Below the pieces are notes generated by a model. The model worked only from the letters and a program-made list of their open reading frames with translations, was not told the DNA's origin and searched no databases. Positions 49,011 through 58,480 of a DNA stretch of 64,000 nucleotides are shown here, one piece after another; position 1 is the stretch's first letter; every line of letters starts with the position of its first letter. This stretch comes from an uncultured Candidatus Poseidoniales archaeon (GTDB taxonomy: Archaea > Thermoplasmatota > Poseidoniia > Poseidoniales > Thalassarchaeaceae). The stretch is taken from positions 3,201 to 67,200 of the forward strand of contig CAYLUC010000005.1 in NCBI GenBank assembly GCA_964386765.1. Direction: 5' to 3'. The position numbers and the translations under genes were made by a program.

Positions 49011-49652
49011 TCACTGAATCTTGCCCTTTCTGAAATCCCTAGTGCGATCCACTCCGGGGAACTGATCCTCGCTCTCCCTGTACACGGTTTTCATGTTGTT
49101 GAGGAAGTTAACTTCGTCAGTAACAATTAGCACCATCCTGACTCCCGGGTCTTCTTCCGCATCCATCCAACCTAGGATTATTTCCATAGTCAACCTAGCT
49201 CCCTCTCTGTGTGGGTACGCGAAAACGTCCATCCCTAGAGGGGGGGTGACGAGAGTTTCGCGCTTCTTGATGTTAGAAACTTGATCAAACAGGGCGTTGT
49301 ATGAGTTAGCTAGGAGTTCCCTCCTGAAGTTGTCCTGATTGGGTCTGCGACAGTCTGGTCCCACTACGTGAACCAGATTGGAAGCTGGCAGATTGAAGGC
49401 AGGGGTGGTCACTGCCTCTCCGACTCCACAGGGTTGTTTCCCGTCCTTTCTCCTTTCAACTGCTATTTTCGTGCAGAATTCTCGTAGTTCCTCGCCGGCT
49501 GCTAGTTGCATCTTTTCGTCCAAGCCTTCTCTTCCTGCTAACCTGTTGTTAGCTGGAATTACCATCACATCCCCCTCGACTCTGATAATGTTCCCAAACT
49601 GAACCCTGACCTGTCCATGCCTGCATTCCCGGACGATGATTGTCTCCGCCAT
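49011..49652 (-). CDS. Macrodomain protein (divergent)
   Basis: DVMVIPANNRLAGREG...AAGEELREFC, GEAVTTPAFNLPASNLVHVVGP, LANSYNAL, LGMDVFAYP. Confidence 0.85.
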   Translation of the reverse strand: MAETIIVRECRHGQVRVQFGNIIRVEGDVMVIPANNRLAGREGLDEKMQLAAGEELREFCTKIAVERRKDGKQPCGVGEAVTTPAFNLPASNLVHVVGPDCRRPNQDNFRRELLANSYNALFDQVSNIKKRETLVTPPLGMDVFAYPHREGARLTMEIILGWMDAEEDPGVRMVLIVTDEVNFLNNMKTVYRESEDQFPGVDRTRDFRKGKIQ

Positions 49653-49747
49653 GAGATATCAAGGTCAAGCCATCTGATAAGTAACCATCGTACGATTATT
49701 GACAATTCCAGCGATGCATTCATTCGTGGGTGCTCCCTACCAAGGCC

Positions 49748-49981
49748 ATGTCCGCTGGATACGTATTGGTAAATGTCGAACCGGGAAGTGAATCTTCCGT
49801 GCATGAAGCAGCCCTCTCTCTTGATTGTGTGACCGATGCAAGCATGCTTTTCGGTGACTATGACCTAATTGTGAAAATTGAGGCTGAGGACATGGGAGAA
49901 ATTGCAAAACACGTCGTTGAATCAATTCGATCAATACCAGGAGTGGCTAATACCAAGACATTAGCCTGTGCCGAAATGTGA
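49748..49981 (+). CDS. Stand-alone Lrp/AsnC ligand-binding domain protein
   Basis: YVLVNVEPG...LFGDYDLIVKIEAEDM..I...IRSIPGVANTKT; no HTH. Start ATG 49748 or GTG 49730. Confidence 0.88.
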   Translation: MSAGYVLVNVEPGSESSVHEAALSLDCVTDASMLFGDYDLIVKIEAEDMGEIAKHVVESIRSIPGVANTKTLACAEM

Positions 49982-50096
49982 GATAAATTCTACCCGGTAA
50001 AACCAAAAAACCCCCAATAGAGCCTCAGTGAAGCGTTTACTCCCCAATAACTTCATTATCTCTCTAGAGCCCCAAAACAGCGGAGGTATTGCAAAA

Positions 50097-50360
50097 ATGT
50101 CAGGAAAGAAGTACTTCGTACTGATGGAAAACGGCGATGACACCAGCCAGGTGTTTGTGAACAACCAGCCCCGTGGTGCAGCATTGAAAGCTGCTCGAAG
50201 GGGTCACACAGACATCCAACTAAGGGAGCGAGGCACCAACAGGGTGCACTGCTTCGAAGGCTGGAGAGATCTCGTTGCAAAAGGCGCAGGCGGTCCAGCG
50301 TACCTTCCGGATAAGATCTGGAAGGCCAACGTAAAGAAGACCGGCATAAAGCGCCTTTAG
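50097..50360 (+). CDS. mc1: MC1 non-histone chromosomal protein
   Basis: FVNNQPRGAALKAARRG..IQLRERGTNRVHCFEGW...P.YLPDKIWKANVKK matches MC1; SD GGAGGT before ATG 50097. Confidence 0.9.
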   Translation: MSGKKYFVLMENGDDTSQVFVNNQPRGAALKAARRGHTDIQLRERGTNRVHCFEGWRDLVAKGAGGPAYLPDKIWKANVKKTGIKRL

Positions 50361-50390
50361 TTGGGTCTAGCCAATTTCAGAATAACGTAA

Positions 50391-50420
50391 ACCCCTTGGT
50401 CGGGTGACTGGCCGTGGGGT
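50391..50420 (+). other. GNRA-capped RNA hairpin in the MC1 3' region / MC1-sdhB convergent gap
   Basis: ACCCC-TT-GGTCGG-GTGA-CTGGCC-GT-GGGGT; G-U pairs work only on the + strand. Confidence 0.45.
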
Positions 50421-50471
50421 ATCCATAACGCCGCTCTGGCGCATAGCTAATTCTTCATATTCAGAGAGTAA

Positions 50472-51230
50472 CTACATTCCCAGTTTTCGGGCCAACATTG
50501 CTAGAGGGTCGTAGTATTCTGTGACAACTCTCTCTTTGAGTGGTATGATTGCATTGTCTGTGATGTTAATTCCAGCTGGGCATACCTCTGTGCAGCATTT
50601 GGTAATGTTGCAGTAACCAATGCCGAAGTCATCCTTTATTTCTGGGATCCTGCTTTCCTTGTCTAGGGGGTGCATTTCGAGGCTTGCTAGCCTAACGAAG
50701 AATCTAGGCCCAGCAAACTCATCGAATTTCTGATGCTCCCTTAGTACGTGACAGGTATTCACGCACAGCATACATTCGATACAAGACCTGAACTCCTGGA
50801 CTCTGTCCGCTTCTTCTTGATTGAACTCCCAGTCAAGCTCATCGGGACCGTTTATTGGGACAATTTTCCTATCCGTCTCATATGCCCAAGAAACATCAGT
50901 GACTAGATCCTTGACTAGAGGGAATGATTGCATGGGTCTGACTAAGATAGGGGTATCTTCGGGAGTCTCCTCCAGAATGTCCTCCATTCTGGTCATGCAC
51001 ATCAGTCTTGCTTTACCATTGACCTCTGCACTGCAGGAACCACACTTTCCAGCTTTGCAATTCCACCTGCAGGAGAGATCAGGGGCATGTTCTGCCTGAA
51101 TTCTGTGAATCACATCTAGGACGACCATGCCCTCATCCATCTCAACGGTGTAGTCAACCATCTTTCCAAATGGGTCACCTACTGAGTCTGGAGCCCCTCT
51201 AAAAACTCTGAATGTCACTTTTTCGCTCAT
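50472..51230 (-). CDS. sdhB: Succinate dehydrogenase Fe-S subunit (Sdh1/type F-like)
   Basis: WNCKAGKCGSCSAE..CMT, CIECMLCVNTC, CNITKCCTEVCP, NAIIPLKER motifs. Confidence 0.95.
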   Translation of the reverse strand: MSEKVTFRVFRGAPDSVGDPFGKMVDYTVEMDEGMVVLDVIHRIQAEHAPDLSCRWNCKAGKCGSCSAEVNGKARLMCMTRMEDILEETPEDTPILVRPMQSFPLVKDLVTDVSWAYETDRKIVPINGPDELDWEFNQEEADRVQEFRSCIECMLCVNTCHVLREHQKFDEFAGPRFFVRLASLEMHPLDKESRIPEIKDDFGIGYCNITKCCTEVCPAGINITDNAIIPLKERVVTEYYDPLAMLARKLGM

Positions 51231-51240
51231 TCAATCACTC

Positions 51241-53061
51241 CTAACTCAAGTCATCCTCATCCAGTAGAGACTTCAGGTCATCTGGAATGGGGGGGTAAGA
51301 AACATAATCAATGGCCATCGAGCCATCCCCTTTCTGCAAAATCACACTGTTTATCTTGCCCCAATGGGTGTGATCAGGGGCGGGGAAGTCATCTCTGGTG
51401 TGTCCCCCGCGGCTCTCTTCTCTTCGAAGAGCCGCTAATGTACACATCCTGCTTACATCAACCATGGCCCCAATCTCGAGGGCTTGGTGCCACCCTGGAT
51501 TGTATGTCGTTCCAGAACCCCCAAACGTTTTGTGAGATCTCGATTCAAGGTCATTCAAGTCATCCAGGGCTTCTTCCAGAAGTTTCTTGGTTCGGATAAT
51601 CCCAACCTTGTCTTGCATCATCCGCCTTAAGTCCTCAACAACTTTTGCAGGGTTCTCTCCACCTTCTCTGGAAAGTGGAGCCAGAGTCTCTTCAATCACT
51701 TCATCAATATCAGATTGTTCGATTTCTGCGAACTCATCCATTTTCGATGCGTCCGCGGAGGCATGCTCACCCGCAATTTTTCCAAAGACAATCAAGTCTG
51801 AAAGCGAGTTGCCACCTAACCTGTTTGCCCCATGAAGGCCAGTAGCCGCTTCCCCTGCAGCAAATAGCCCTGGAACAGTAGACTCCTGTGTTTCGGGATT
51901 GACCTTGACCCCGCCCATCACGTAGTGTGCCGTCGGTCCAACTTCCATGGGTTGCTTAGTGATGTCAACTGCTGCGAGCTCCTTGAATTGGTGATACATT
52001 CCAGGGAGCTTCTTCTTCACTTCCTCCTCATCCCTCCATGAGATGTCAAGGTATGCCCCTCCATGTTCGGATGCCCTACCTGCAGCCCTCTCGCTGTTTA
52101 TTGCCTTAGCAACAACGTCTCTGGTCAGGAGCTCAGGAGGTCTTCGCTTCGTGGCAAGCTTCCCAGCGACCACTTCATCGACCCACTCCAAAGCCTCTTT
52201 TTCTGTATCGGCAAACTCATCGGCATACATTTCTGGAACATAGTTGAACATGAAACGATCTCCCTCAGAGTTCGTTAGTTTTCCACCCTCTCCCCTCACT
52301 CCTTCCGTAACTAGGATCCCTTTGACCGATGGCGGCCATATCATTCCAGTGGGGTGAAACTGAACGAACTCCATATCTCCCATCTCGGCACCGGCCCAAT
52401 AGGCCAGAGCATGACCTTCCCCCGTATATTCCCAAGATCCCGAGCAGACCTCCCAGCACCTGGTGATCCCACCAGTGGCTAGAACAATTGACTTGGCCTT
52501 GAATACATGTAATGACCCATCGTTCCTGTCATATGCGAAACATCCTGAGATTCTTCCATCGGTCTTGAAAATCCTTCGAACGGTAAACTCCATGAAAACA
52601 TCCATTCCCATGTGGATTCCCTTCTGTTGAAGTGTTCTAATCAGTTCGAGACCAGTTGCATCTCCTATGTGAGCTAGTCTTGGATATGTGTGACCTCCGA
52701 AGTTCCTCTGGCTGGTCATGCCTTTTGGCGTCCTGTCGAAAACAGCACCCCACTGTTCCAACTCCCTTATTCGGTCAGGTGACTGCTGTGCGTGAATCTT
52801 GGCCATCCGCCAGTCACCGAGGTACTTACCCCCCTTCATCGTGTCACGGAAGTGAACTTCCCAGGAATCCCTTGGGTCCTTGTTGGCTAAAGCGGCAGCA
52901 GCTCCGCCTTCGGCCATAACAGTGTGTGCTTTACCCAGCATTGACTTGCAAATCATTGCAACACTGGCCCCAGTCGAGCTTGCCTCTATGGCTGCCCTGA
53001 GTCCAGCACCACCTGCTCCGATAATCACAACGTCGTGCTCGTGAGTGGTAACCTCCGTCAT
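51241..53061 (-). CDS. sdhA: Succinate dehydrogenase flavoprotein subunit
   Basis: [16 protein letters not shown] (covalent FAD His), [38 protein letters not shown]; ATG 53061 overlaps the anchor-gene stop. Confidence 0.96.
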   Translation of the reverse strand: MTEVTTHEHDVVIIGAGGAGLRAAIEASSTGASVAMICKSMLGKAHTVMAEGGAAAALANKDPRDSWEVHFRDTMKGGKYLGDWRMAKIHAQQSPDRIRELEQWGAVFDRTPKGMTSQRNFGGHTYPRLAHIGDATGLELIRTLQQKGIHMGMDVFMEFTVRRIFKTDGRISGCFAYDRNDGSLHVFKAKSIVLATGGITRCWEVCSGSWEYTGEGHALAYWAGAEMGDMEFVQFHPTGMIWPPSVKGILVTEGVRGEGGKLTNSEGDRFMFNYVPEMYADEFADTEKEALEWVDEVVAGKLATKRRPPELLTRDVVAKAINSERAAGRASEHGGAYLDISWRDEEEVKKKLPGMYHQFKELAAVDITKQPMEVGPTAHYVMGGVKVNPETQESTVPGLFAAGEAATGLHGANRLGGNSLSDLIVFGKIAGEHASADASKMDEFAEIEQSDIDEVIEETLAPLSREGGENPAKVVEDLRRMMQDKVGIIRTKKLLEEALDDLNDLESRSHKTFGGSGTTYNPGWHQALEIGAMVDVSRMCTLAALRREESRGGHTRDDFPAPDHTHWGKINSVILQKGDGSMAIDYVSYPPIPDDLKSLLDEDDLS

Positions 53062-53957
53062 GATATTCCACCCCAAATCACAATGTCTTTCCATCCGAAG
53101 AATGGATCCGTGCAGGCATATACATAGAAGTCAGTAAACATCACCCAGAATAAGCTGTAGAGTGCCCATTCTTTGTGCCTCTCGTTGAGTTTCGTAGAGA
53201 CTTTCCACATTCTATACTTCATCCTATTCATGGGGGTGCCAGTCCAGTCGTTGCTACCTCCTCCAATGACGTGTCTGAATGCATGGCAACCAACTGTGTA
53301 GCCAGTCAACATCAGTACGTTGATGAGAAGAACAATCGTTCCAATACTAACTCCATAGTGGTGTATATCTGCATCATGAAAGTTGACCGAAAGCCAAACG
53401 TCATACGAAAGGATCGGAAGATAGGCAAGCGCGATGTACATGAAATAACGATGTAAGTTTTGAACAACAAGGAGCCCAGTTTCCCCACTGTATTCATTCC
53501 ATGGTTTGGAGACGGCACAACCAGTTGGCTGTTGGAAGAACGCTCTGTAGTACGCCTTACGATAGTAGTAGCAAGTACCTCTGAAACCAGCTGGGAATAT
53601 GAGAATGAACATGGCAGGGCTCATCCACCACAGGAACTCTGGGATGGGTCCTCCGAAGGTACCTTGTCCCGGGATGATGAGGGGGCTGAACAGGGGGCTC
53701 AGTACATGGCTGCCGTTGGACTCTATCGCCATGGTCGAATGGCCAGCGCTCCTCCCGAAATCTTCGAAGATCCAGAAATCGGCTTCCATCATGCCTCTCC
53801 ATGTGGAGTATAGTATCATGATGCCCAGATAGGCGGCCATTGCCGTGGGACCTTTCCACCAGCCGTCTATCCTGTCGGTCCTTCCGAAGCCGCTTCTGAG
53901 TGGTAGCTTAACGCTAATTCCACGAGTACTGAGATACTCGCGATCCCAGTCCGCCAT
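53058..53957 (-). CDS. sdhC: Membrane anchor of Sdh1/type F succinate dehydrogenase (Rv0249c-like)
   Basis: [41 protein letters not shown] motifs; co-transcribed with sdhA/B. Confidence 0.88.
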   Translation of the reverse strand: MADWDREYLSTRGISVKLPLRSGFGRTDRIDGWWKGPTAMAAYLGIMILYSTWRGMMEADFWIFEDFGRSAGHSTMAIESNGSHVLSPLFSPLIIPGQGTFGGPIPEFLWWMSPAMFILIFPAGFRGTCYYYRKAYYRAFFQQPTGCAVSKPWNEYSGETGLLVVQNLHRYFMYIALAYLPILSYDVWLSVNFHDADIHHYGVSIGTIVLLINVLMLTGYTVGCHAFRHVIGGGSNDWTGTPMNRMKYRMWKVSTKLNERHKEWALYSLFWVMFTDFYVYACTDPFFGWKDIVIWGGIS

Positions 53958-53962
53958 AGTAC

Positions 53963-53981
53963 CCCGGCCCTTAGGGCCGGG
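53963..53981 (-). promoter_or_regulatory. C-TAN-G triloop hairpin (copy 5) in the sdh operon leader
   Basis: On the minus strand CCCGGCCC-TAA-GGGCCGGG, perfect 8 bp, ends 5 nt before ATG 53957; the GGGGT SD-like run starts in the 3' arm. Confidence 0.65.
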
Positions 53982-54043
53982 AGGCTCTCCTTAAGCAATT
54001 GCTTTATCCTATATTCCAAATCCTCAAGGTTTAAGCGGGCCTT

Positions 54044-54166
54044 ATGCCAGAATCATTCGTGCTAGGGGGGGACATCGAATCGTCAATATGCCTGAAGTGC
54101 GGGCACATGCCGGGGGCATGGCTACCGGGTCTGCCTTGCTCAGTCTGCGGGGAGCCATTCCTCTGA
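54044..54166 (+). CDS. 40-aa zinc-finger microprotein (CxxC-x12-CxxC), missed by the ORF track
   Basis: Hand translation: MPESFVLGGDIESSICLKCGHMPGAWLPGLPCSVCGEPFL*; fills the sdhC-ALDH gap; stop 1 nt from the ALDH stop. Confidence 0.7.
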   Translation: MPESFVLGGDIESSICLKCGHMPGAWLPGLPCSVCGEPFL

Positions 54167-54167
54167 A

Positions 54168-55796
54168 TCAGGCTAGGCCCGCATAATCGGCATCCGCTTC
54201 TTCCATCTCTATTTCGTCTACATCCATTTGTGCCAGTTGCAACTTTCCGGATAGTTCGTCATTAACGGCATGCCAGTATGAATATGCCTCAATCACCCAA
54301 ATTCCCGACTCTCGTGTTCCGTTGCCACTGCCTTTGACGCCACCGAATGGCAAGTGGGCCTCAGCACCAGTCGTTGAGTTGTTTATTCCGGTCATCCCGG
54401 CCTTTATTCCAGTCTTGTAGCGGTAGGCCTCTAGCCGATCATTCGTGTAAATTGCCGACGAAAGTCCGTATGGGCTGGCATTAGCGAGATGTAGTGCGTG
54501 ATCGAAGTCACGCGCTTTGACTACAGTGACTACCGGTCCGAAAATCTCCTCGTGGAAGCACTCCATATCTTCGGTGACGTCAGTGTAGACGTGTGGCCAC
54601 ATGTACACTCCCTCACTAGCATCTCCGTGGAAATTCTCGGGCTTGTTGTCATTCGTTATTCGGCCTTCTCCCCATATCTTCGTCGCACCACTGGCCTCAC
54701 ACATCTCAATTCCCTTGAGGAAATCAACCGCGTACTTCTCTGAAAGCATGGATCCATAGAGGACATCATCCTCTCGCATAGAGTCGCCGATTTTTGTTGA
54801 CTTTACCTTGGACATCAACTTCTCCACGAACTCGTCATAGATGTCTTCGTGAACGATCAGATTACCAAGACTCGTGCAACGCTGCCCCGCAGTTCCGAAG
54901 CCCGCCCAGTAGGCACCTTCCACCGCATTTTCCATGTTTGCCGATGGCATGATCACCAGTGGGTTCTTTCCGCCCAATTCAAGACTGGCGCTTACTAGGT
55001 TACGCCCACATACTTCACCTATCATTTTCCCCACTGCTGTACTTCCCGTGAAAGATATCTTGTTTACCATTCCTAGATCAACAGCGTCAACTAGGTGCTG
55101 TCCGGCACCGCTTCCCTTGCCGTGGACTAGGTTGATAACTCCATCAGGCAATCCCGCTTCATGCATTATCCTAGCGAGGGCAAAAGATAGGAGGGGGGAG
55201 TCTTGGGGGGACTTCCACACACATGTATTGCCGCACATTATTGCGGGAATCATCTTCCAGAAAGGAACTGCCGAGGGGAAGTTGCAAGCGTTGATGATGC
55301 CACATACTCCCAGGGGGCGCCGATAAGTGAAAAGTTCCTTGTCAGGTAACTCTGAGTTGACAGTTTGTCCGTAGAGGCGCCGCCCCTCGGACTGGAAGAA
55401 TAAGCATGTGTCTATCGCTTCCTGAACCTCACCCCCGCATTCCTTGAGAGTCTTGCCTATTTCACGAGCCTGTAGGCGAACAAGGTCCTCCTTGCGTTCC
55501 ATCAGGAGACGGCCCATATTGCCAATCACTTGTCCACGAGTTGGAGCGGGTGTAGCTGACCAACCGGGAAAAGCAGCCCGAGCCGCTTCCAGTGCCTCAT
55601 GAACATCCCTTTCATTCGAGAGTGGGAACTCTCCCAGACAGTCTTCTAGCCAGGCTGGATTGATGCTTTCAAAGCTAGAACCGCTACTTGACTGAGCTAA
55701 CTTGCCCGCGATAATGTTGTAGCCTCTGATCGAGGGGCTCCCGTTTGGGTTTGCTCTGTCTATCGTCTCAAAACCTGTTTCCAGCACATGGGTCAT
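54168..55796 (-). CDS. NAD(P)-dependent aldehyde dehydrogenase
   Basis: INACNFP, WKSP, FTGSTAVG, LELGGKNP, GQRCTS (catalytic Cys), EEIFGPV, PFGGVKGSG motifs. Confidence 0.96.
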   Translation of the reverse strand: MTHVLETGFETIDRANPNGSPSIRGYNIIAGKLAQSSSGSSFESINPAWLEDCLGEFPLSNERDVHEALEAARAAFPGWSATPAPTRGQVIGNMGRLLMERKEDLVRLQAREIGKTLKECGGEVQEAIDTCLFFQSEGRRLYGQTVNSELPDKELFTYRRPLGVCGIINACNFPSAVPFWKMIPAIMCGNTCVWKSPQDSPLLSFALARIMHEAGLPDGVINLVHGKGSGAGQHLVDAVDLGMVNKISFTGSTAVGKMIGEVCGRNLVSASLELGGKNPLVIMPSANMENAVEGAYWAGFGTAGQRCTSLGNLIVHEDIYDEFVEKLMSKVKSTKIGDSMREDDVLYGSMLSEKYAVDFLKGIEMCEASGATKIWGEGRITNDNKPENFHGDASEGVYMWPHVYTDVTEDMECFHEEIFGPVVTVVKARDFDHALHLANASPYGLSSAIYTNDRLEAYRYKTGIKAGMTGINNSTTGAEAHLPFGGVKGSGNGTRESGIWVIEAYSYWHAVNDELSGKLQLAQMDVDEIEMEEADADYAGLA

Positions 55797-55939
55797 GGTA
55801 TACGCGAATCAATACCCTGACATGAATGCTACTCATCGAACCTCCTTGTTCTGATAACTAATAGGGGCGATTTGACACTCGTTGATTGGTGGGTTTAACA
55901 ACCCCCGTGACCGAGAGACGTTTGTTAGGAGACGACGCC

Positions 55940-58165
55940 ATGACCGCAGACTCATCAGATTCACTCACGCTAAGAGTAGCTAAGGCCATACCAAGCGACG
56001 TCGGCCACGGGCGCGCAAGAGTTCCATTCGACAATGACCTAAATCTCAAGCCAGGGGATATCATTGAGATATCCGGAGAGAGAAAGACTGCTGCTATAGT
56101 CTGGAGGTGTAGGCCAGAGGATGCAAATCTGGGAGTGATAAGAGTTGATGGAATTATTCGCAAGAATGCCGGCGTCAGTCTGGGGGACAGAGTTGGCATA
56201 TCGAAAGTAGAAACCCAACCATGTGACAGATTGGTTCTGAGCCCAGTTATGGCGAAACAGCAGAAGGTAAGGTTCGGACCGGGGATAGAGGGCTTCGCAC
56301 GTAGGGGCCTGAACAAGAGGCCGGTGGTTGCAGGAGACAGGATATTCATTCCGGGAATGACACTTTTCGCCGAGGCCCTCCCATTTGCTATAGTGTCCAC
56401 AAAACCAAAGGGAATTGTCCAGGTCCTTCCAGACACTGAGATTGTCATTAAGGAAGATCCAGTTGACGAGGAAGACTCGGGAGACATTCTAGATATCTCT
56501 TATGAGGACATAGGAGGACTCGGAGACCAACTTCAGAAGGTCAGGGAGATGATAGAACTCCCTCTTAAGCATCCAATATTGTTCACGAGGCTAGGCATAG
56601 ACCCTCCGAGGGGTGTCCTGCTCCATGGCCCCCCGGGTACCGGTAAGACACTAATTGCCAAGGCAGTAGCTTCTGAGACAAACGCGCACTTCACGTCAAT
56701 CAACGGTCCGGAAATAATCTCCAAGTACTATGGTGAGAGTGAAAAGCAGCTTCGTGAGATATTTGATGAGGCGGCCGCAAACGCCCCTGCAATTATCTTC
56801 ATCGATGAGCTAGATAGCATAGCACCCAAGCGAGAAGACGTTAGCGGGGAAGTCGAAAGAAGGGTCGTCGCGCAGCTGCTGACATTACTAGACGGGATGC
56901 AGGGAAGAGACAATGTGGTCGTTATTGGAGCGACGAACAGGCAAGATGCAATCGATCCCGCCCTCAGAAGGCCAGGGAGATTTGATCGCGAGATAGAGAT
57001 AGGCGTTCCTGACAAGAATGGCCGTGCTGAGATTATCGGAATTCACACCAGAGGTATGCCAATCAGCGATGATTTCGACTTAGATTGGCTATTGGACAAT
57101 ACACACGGTTTCGTAGGAGCAGATATCTCAGCCCTAGTAAGGGAGTCTGCAATGAAGGCACTTAGGAGATACCTGCCAGAGATAGATCTCGACGAGGAGC
57201 AAATACCCCCCGAGGTACTTGAGAAGATGGCCGTGATAATGCCGGATTTCAGAATGGCAATCAAAGAAATCGAACCCAGCGCCCTGAGGGAGATCTACCT
57301 AGAGGTTCCAGAAGTATCGTGGGAGGAAGTAGGGGGCCTTGAGGAGATAAAGGACAGACTCAAGGAAAGTATCGAATGGCCCCTGACAAAGCCAGAAATG
57401 TTCGAACATTTCGGGATTAACCCTCCAAGGGGAATAGTCCTCTTCGGAGCACCAGGTACTGGCAAGACCCTACTTGCCAAGGCCATAGCCAATGAGGCAA
57501 AGGCCAATTTCATAACAATCAAGGGACCTGAATTAATTTCCAAGTGGGTGGGCGAATCCGAGAAGGCCGTTAGAGAGGTATTCAAGAAAGCCAAGCAATC
57601 CAGCCCCTCAATAATTTTCTTAGATGAGTTCGAGAGCATCGCCGGAATGCGTCGCTCAAGCTCCGGCGATGGCTCAGACGTCATGAACAGGGTCGTAAAC
57701 CAACTCCTCAGCAGCATGGATGGTGTTGAGGGAATGGAGGGAGTAATCGTAGTGGCGGCAACGAATAGGCCAGAAATGATTGATCCTGCACTACTTCGTA
57801 GTGGGCGCTTCGAGAGGGTCCTTCATGTGCCTCCACCGGATCCAGAGGCACTCAAGTCAATACTCAAGATACACACTGCTGACATGCCCATAGGGAGGTT
57901 CTCTATGGATGACATAGCAGCTAAGCTTGAGAATTACACCGGTGCTGATATTGAGGCCGTTTGCAGAGAGGCAGGACTGATCGCCATGAGGGCCGAGAAG
58001 AAGACAGTAACAAAGAAGCATTTCGAAGAGGCAGTAGAGAGGGTCCGTCCCACCGTCACCGACGAAATGATGCTATATTACAATCGAATGGAGTCACTTC
58101 TAACAAGTGGCCTTCAGTCAGTAAGGAGGCTACCAGACAGCCTCGCTGGAATCGAGTCAGTGTGA
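55940..58165 (+). CDS. cdc48: Cdc48/VCP-family AAA+ ATPase
   Basis: N domain, D1 [15 protein letters not shown]2 [14 protein letters not shown], two SRH motifs; ATG 55940 with SD AGGAG. Confidence 0.97.
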   Translation: MTADSSDSLTLRVAKAIPSDVGHGRARVPFDNDLNLKPGDIIEISGERKTAAIVWRCRPEDANLGVIRVDGIIRKNAGVSLGDRVGISKVETQPCDRLVLSPVMAKQQKVRFGPGIEGFARRGLNKRPVVAGDRIFIPGMTLFAEALPFAIVSTKPKGIVQVLPDTEIVIKEDPVDEEDSGDILDISYEDIGGLGDQLQKVREMIELPLKHPILFTRLGIDPPRGVLLHGPPGTGKTLIAKAVASETNAHFTSINGPEIISKYYGESEKQLREIFDEAAANAPAIIFIDELDSIAPKREDVSGEVERRVVAQLLTLLDGMQGRDNVVVIGATNRQDAIDPALRRPGRFDREIEIGVPDKNGRAEIIGIHTRGMPISDDFDLDWLLDNTHGFVGADISALVRESAMKALRRYLPEIDLDEEQIPPEVLEKMAVIMPDFRMAIKEIEPSALREIYLEVPEVSWEEVGGLEEIKDRLKESIEWPLTKPEMFEHFGINPPRGIVLFGAPGTGKTLLAKAIANEAKANFITIKGPELISKWVGESEKAVREVFKKAKQSSPSIIFLDEFESIAGMRRSSSGDGSDVMNRVVNQLLSSMDGVEGMEGVIVVAATNRPEMIDPALLRSGRFERVLHVPPPDPEALKSILKIHTADMPIGRFSMDDIAAKLENYTGADIEAVCREAGLIAMRAEKKTVTKKHFEEAVERVRPTVTDEMMLYYNRMESLLTSGLQSVRRLPDSLAGIESV

Positions 58166-58174
58166 GGTGGTAAG

Positions 58175-58417
58175 TTGCCGACAACCTTCGGTAAGGAGCT
58201 GCTTGGGAGGGACGTTGTAGATGATTCCAACGACAAATTGGGAACGATGGCTGATTTCAGAATTGACATCGACACGGGGGATGTGGTGGCCTTCCTGGTT
58301 TCAATCGAGCAAGGAATTGACCCCGCATTTCTTCCTTGGCCAACTGTAGAGGGACTCCTCTCGGTACCTGTCGGCGAAGTGGCCAGTATAGGGTCTGCCA
58401 TACAACTTTCCCGTTGA
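58175..58417 (+). CDS. PRC-barrel domain protein (CdpB-like)
   Basis: LLGRDVVDDSNDKLGTMADFRIDIDTG...VPVGEVASIG; TTG start with SD GAGGTG. Confidence 0.85.
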   Translation: MPTTFGKELLGRDVVDDSNDKLGTMADFRIDIDTGDVVAFLVSIEQGIDPAFLPWPTVEGLLSVPVGEVASIGSAIQLSR

Positions 58418-58453
58418 ACTCGTGATGCGCCTGCGTTCATGGCCCCACAACGG

Positions 58454-58461
58454 TATTAATA
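58454..58461 (+). promoter_or_regulatory. Candidate TATA box of the DUF4350-DUF58 unit
   Basis: TATTAATA about 20-27 nt upstream of hairpin copy 6; position inferred, not mapped. Confidence 0.4.
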
Positions 58462-58480
58462 CGGAGTTAAGGCTCGATGG

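Noticed and set aside
55888-55906. GGGTT-TAAC-AACCC hairpin upstream of cdc48 as a family member
   Set aside because: Four-nt loop closed by T-A and only a 5-bp core; the TTTAAC may simply be the TATA box.
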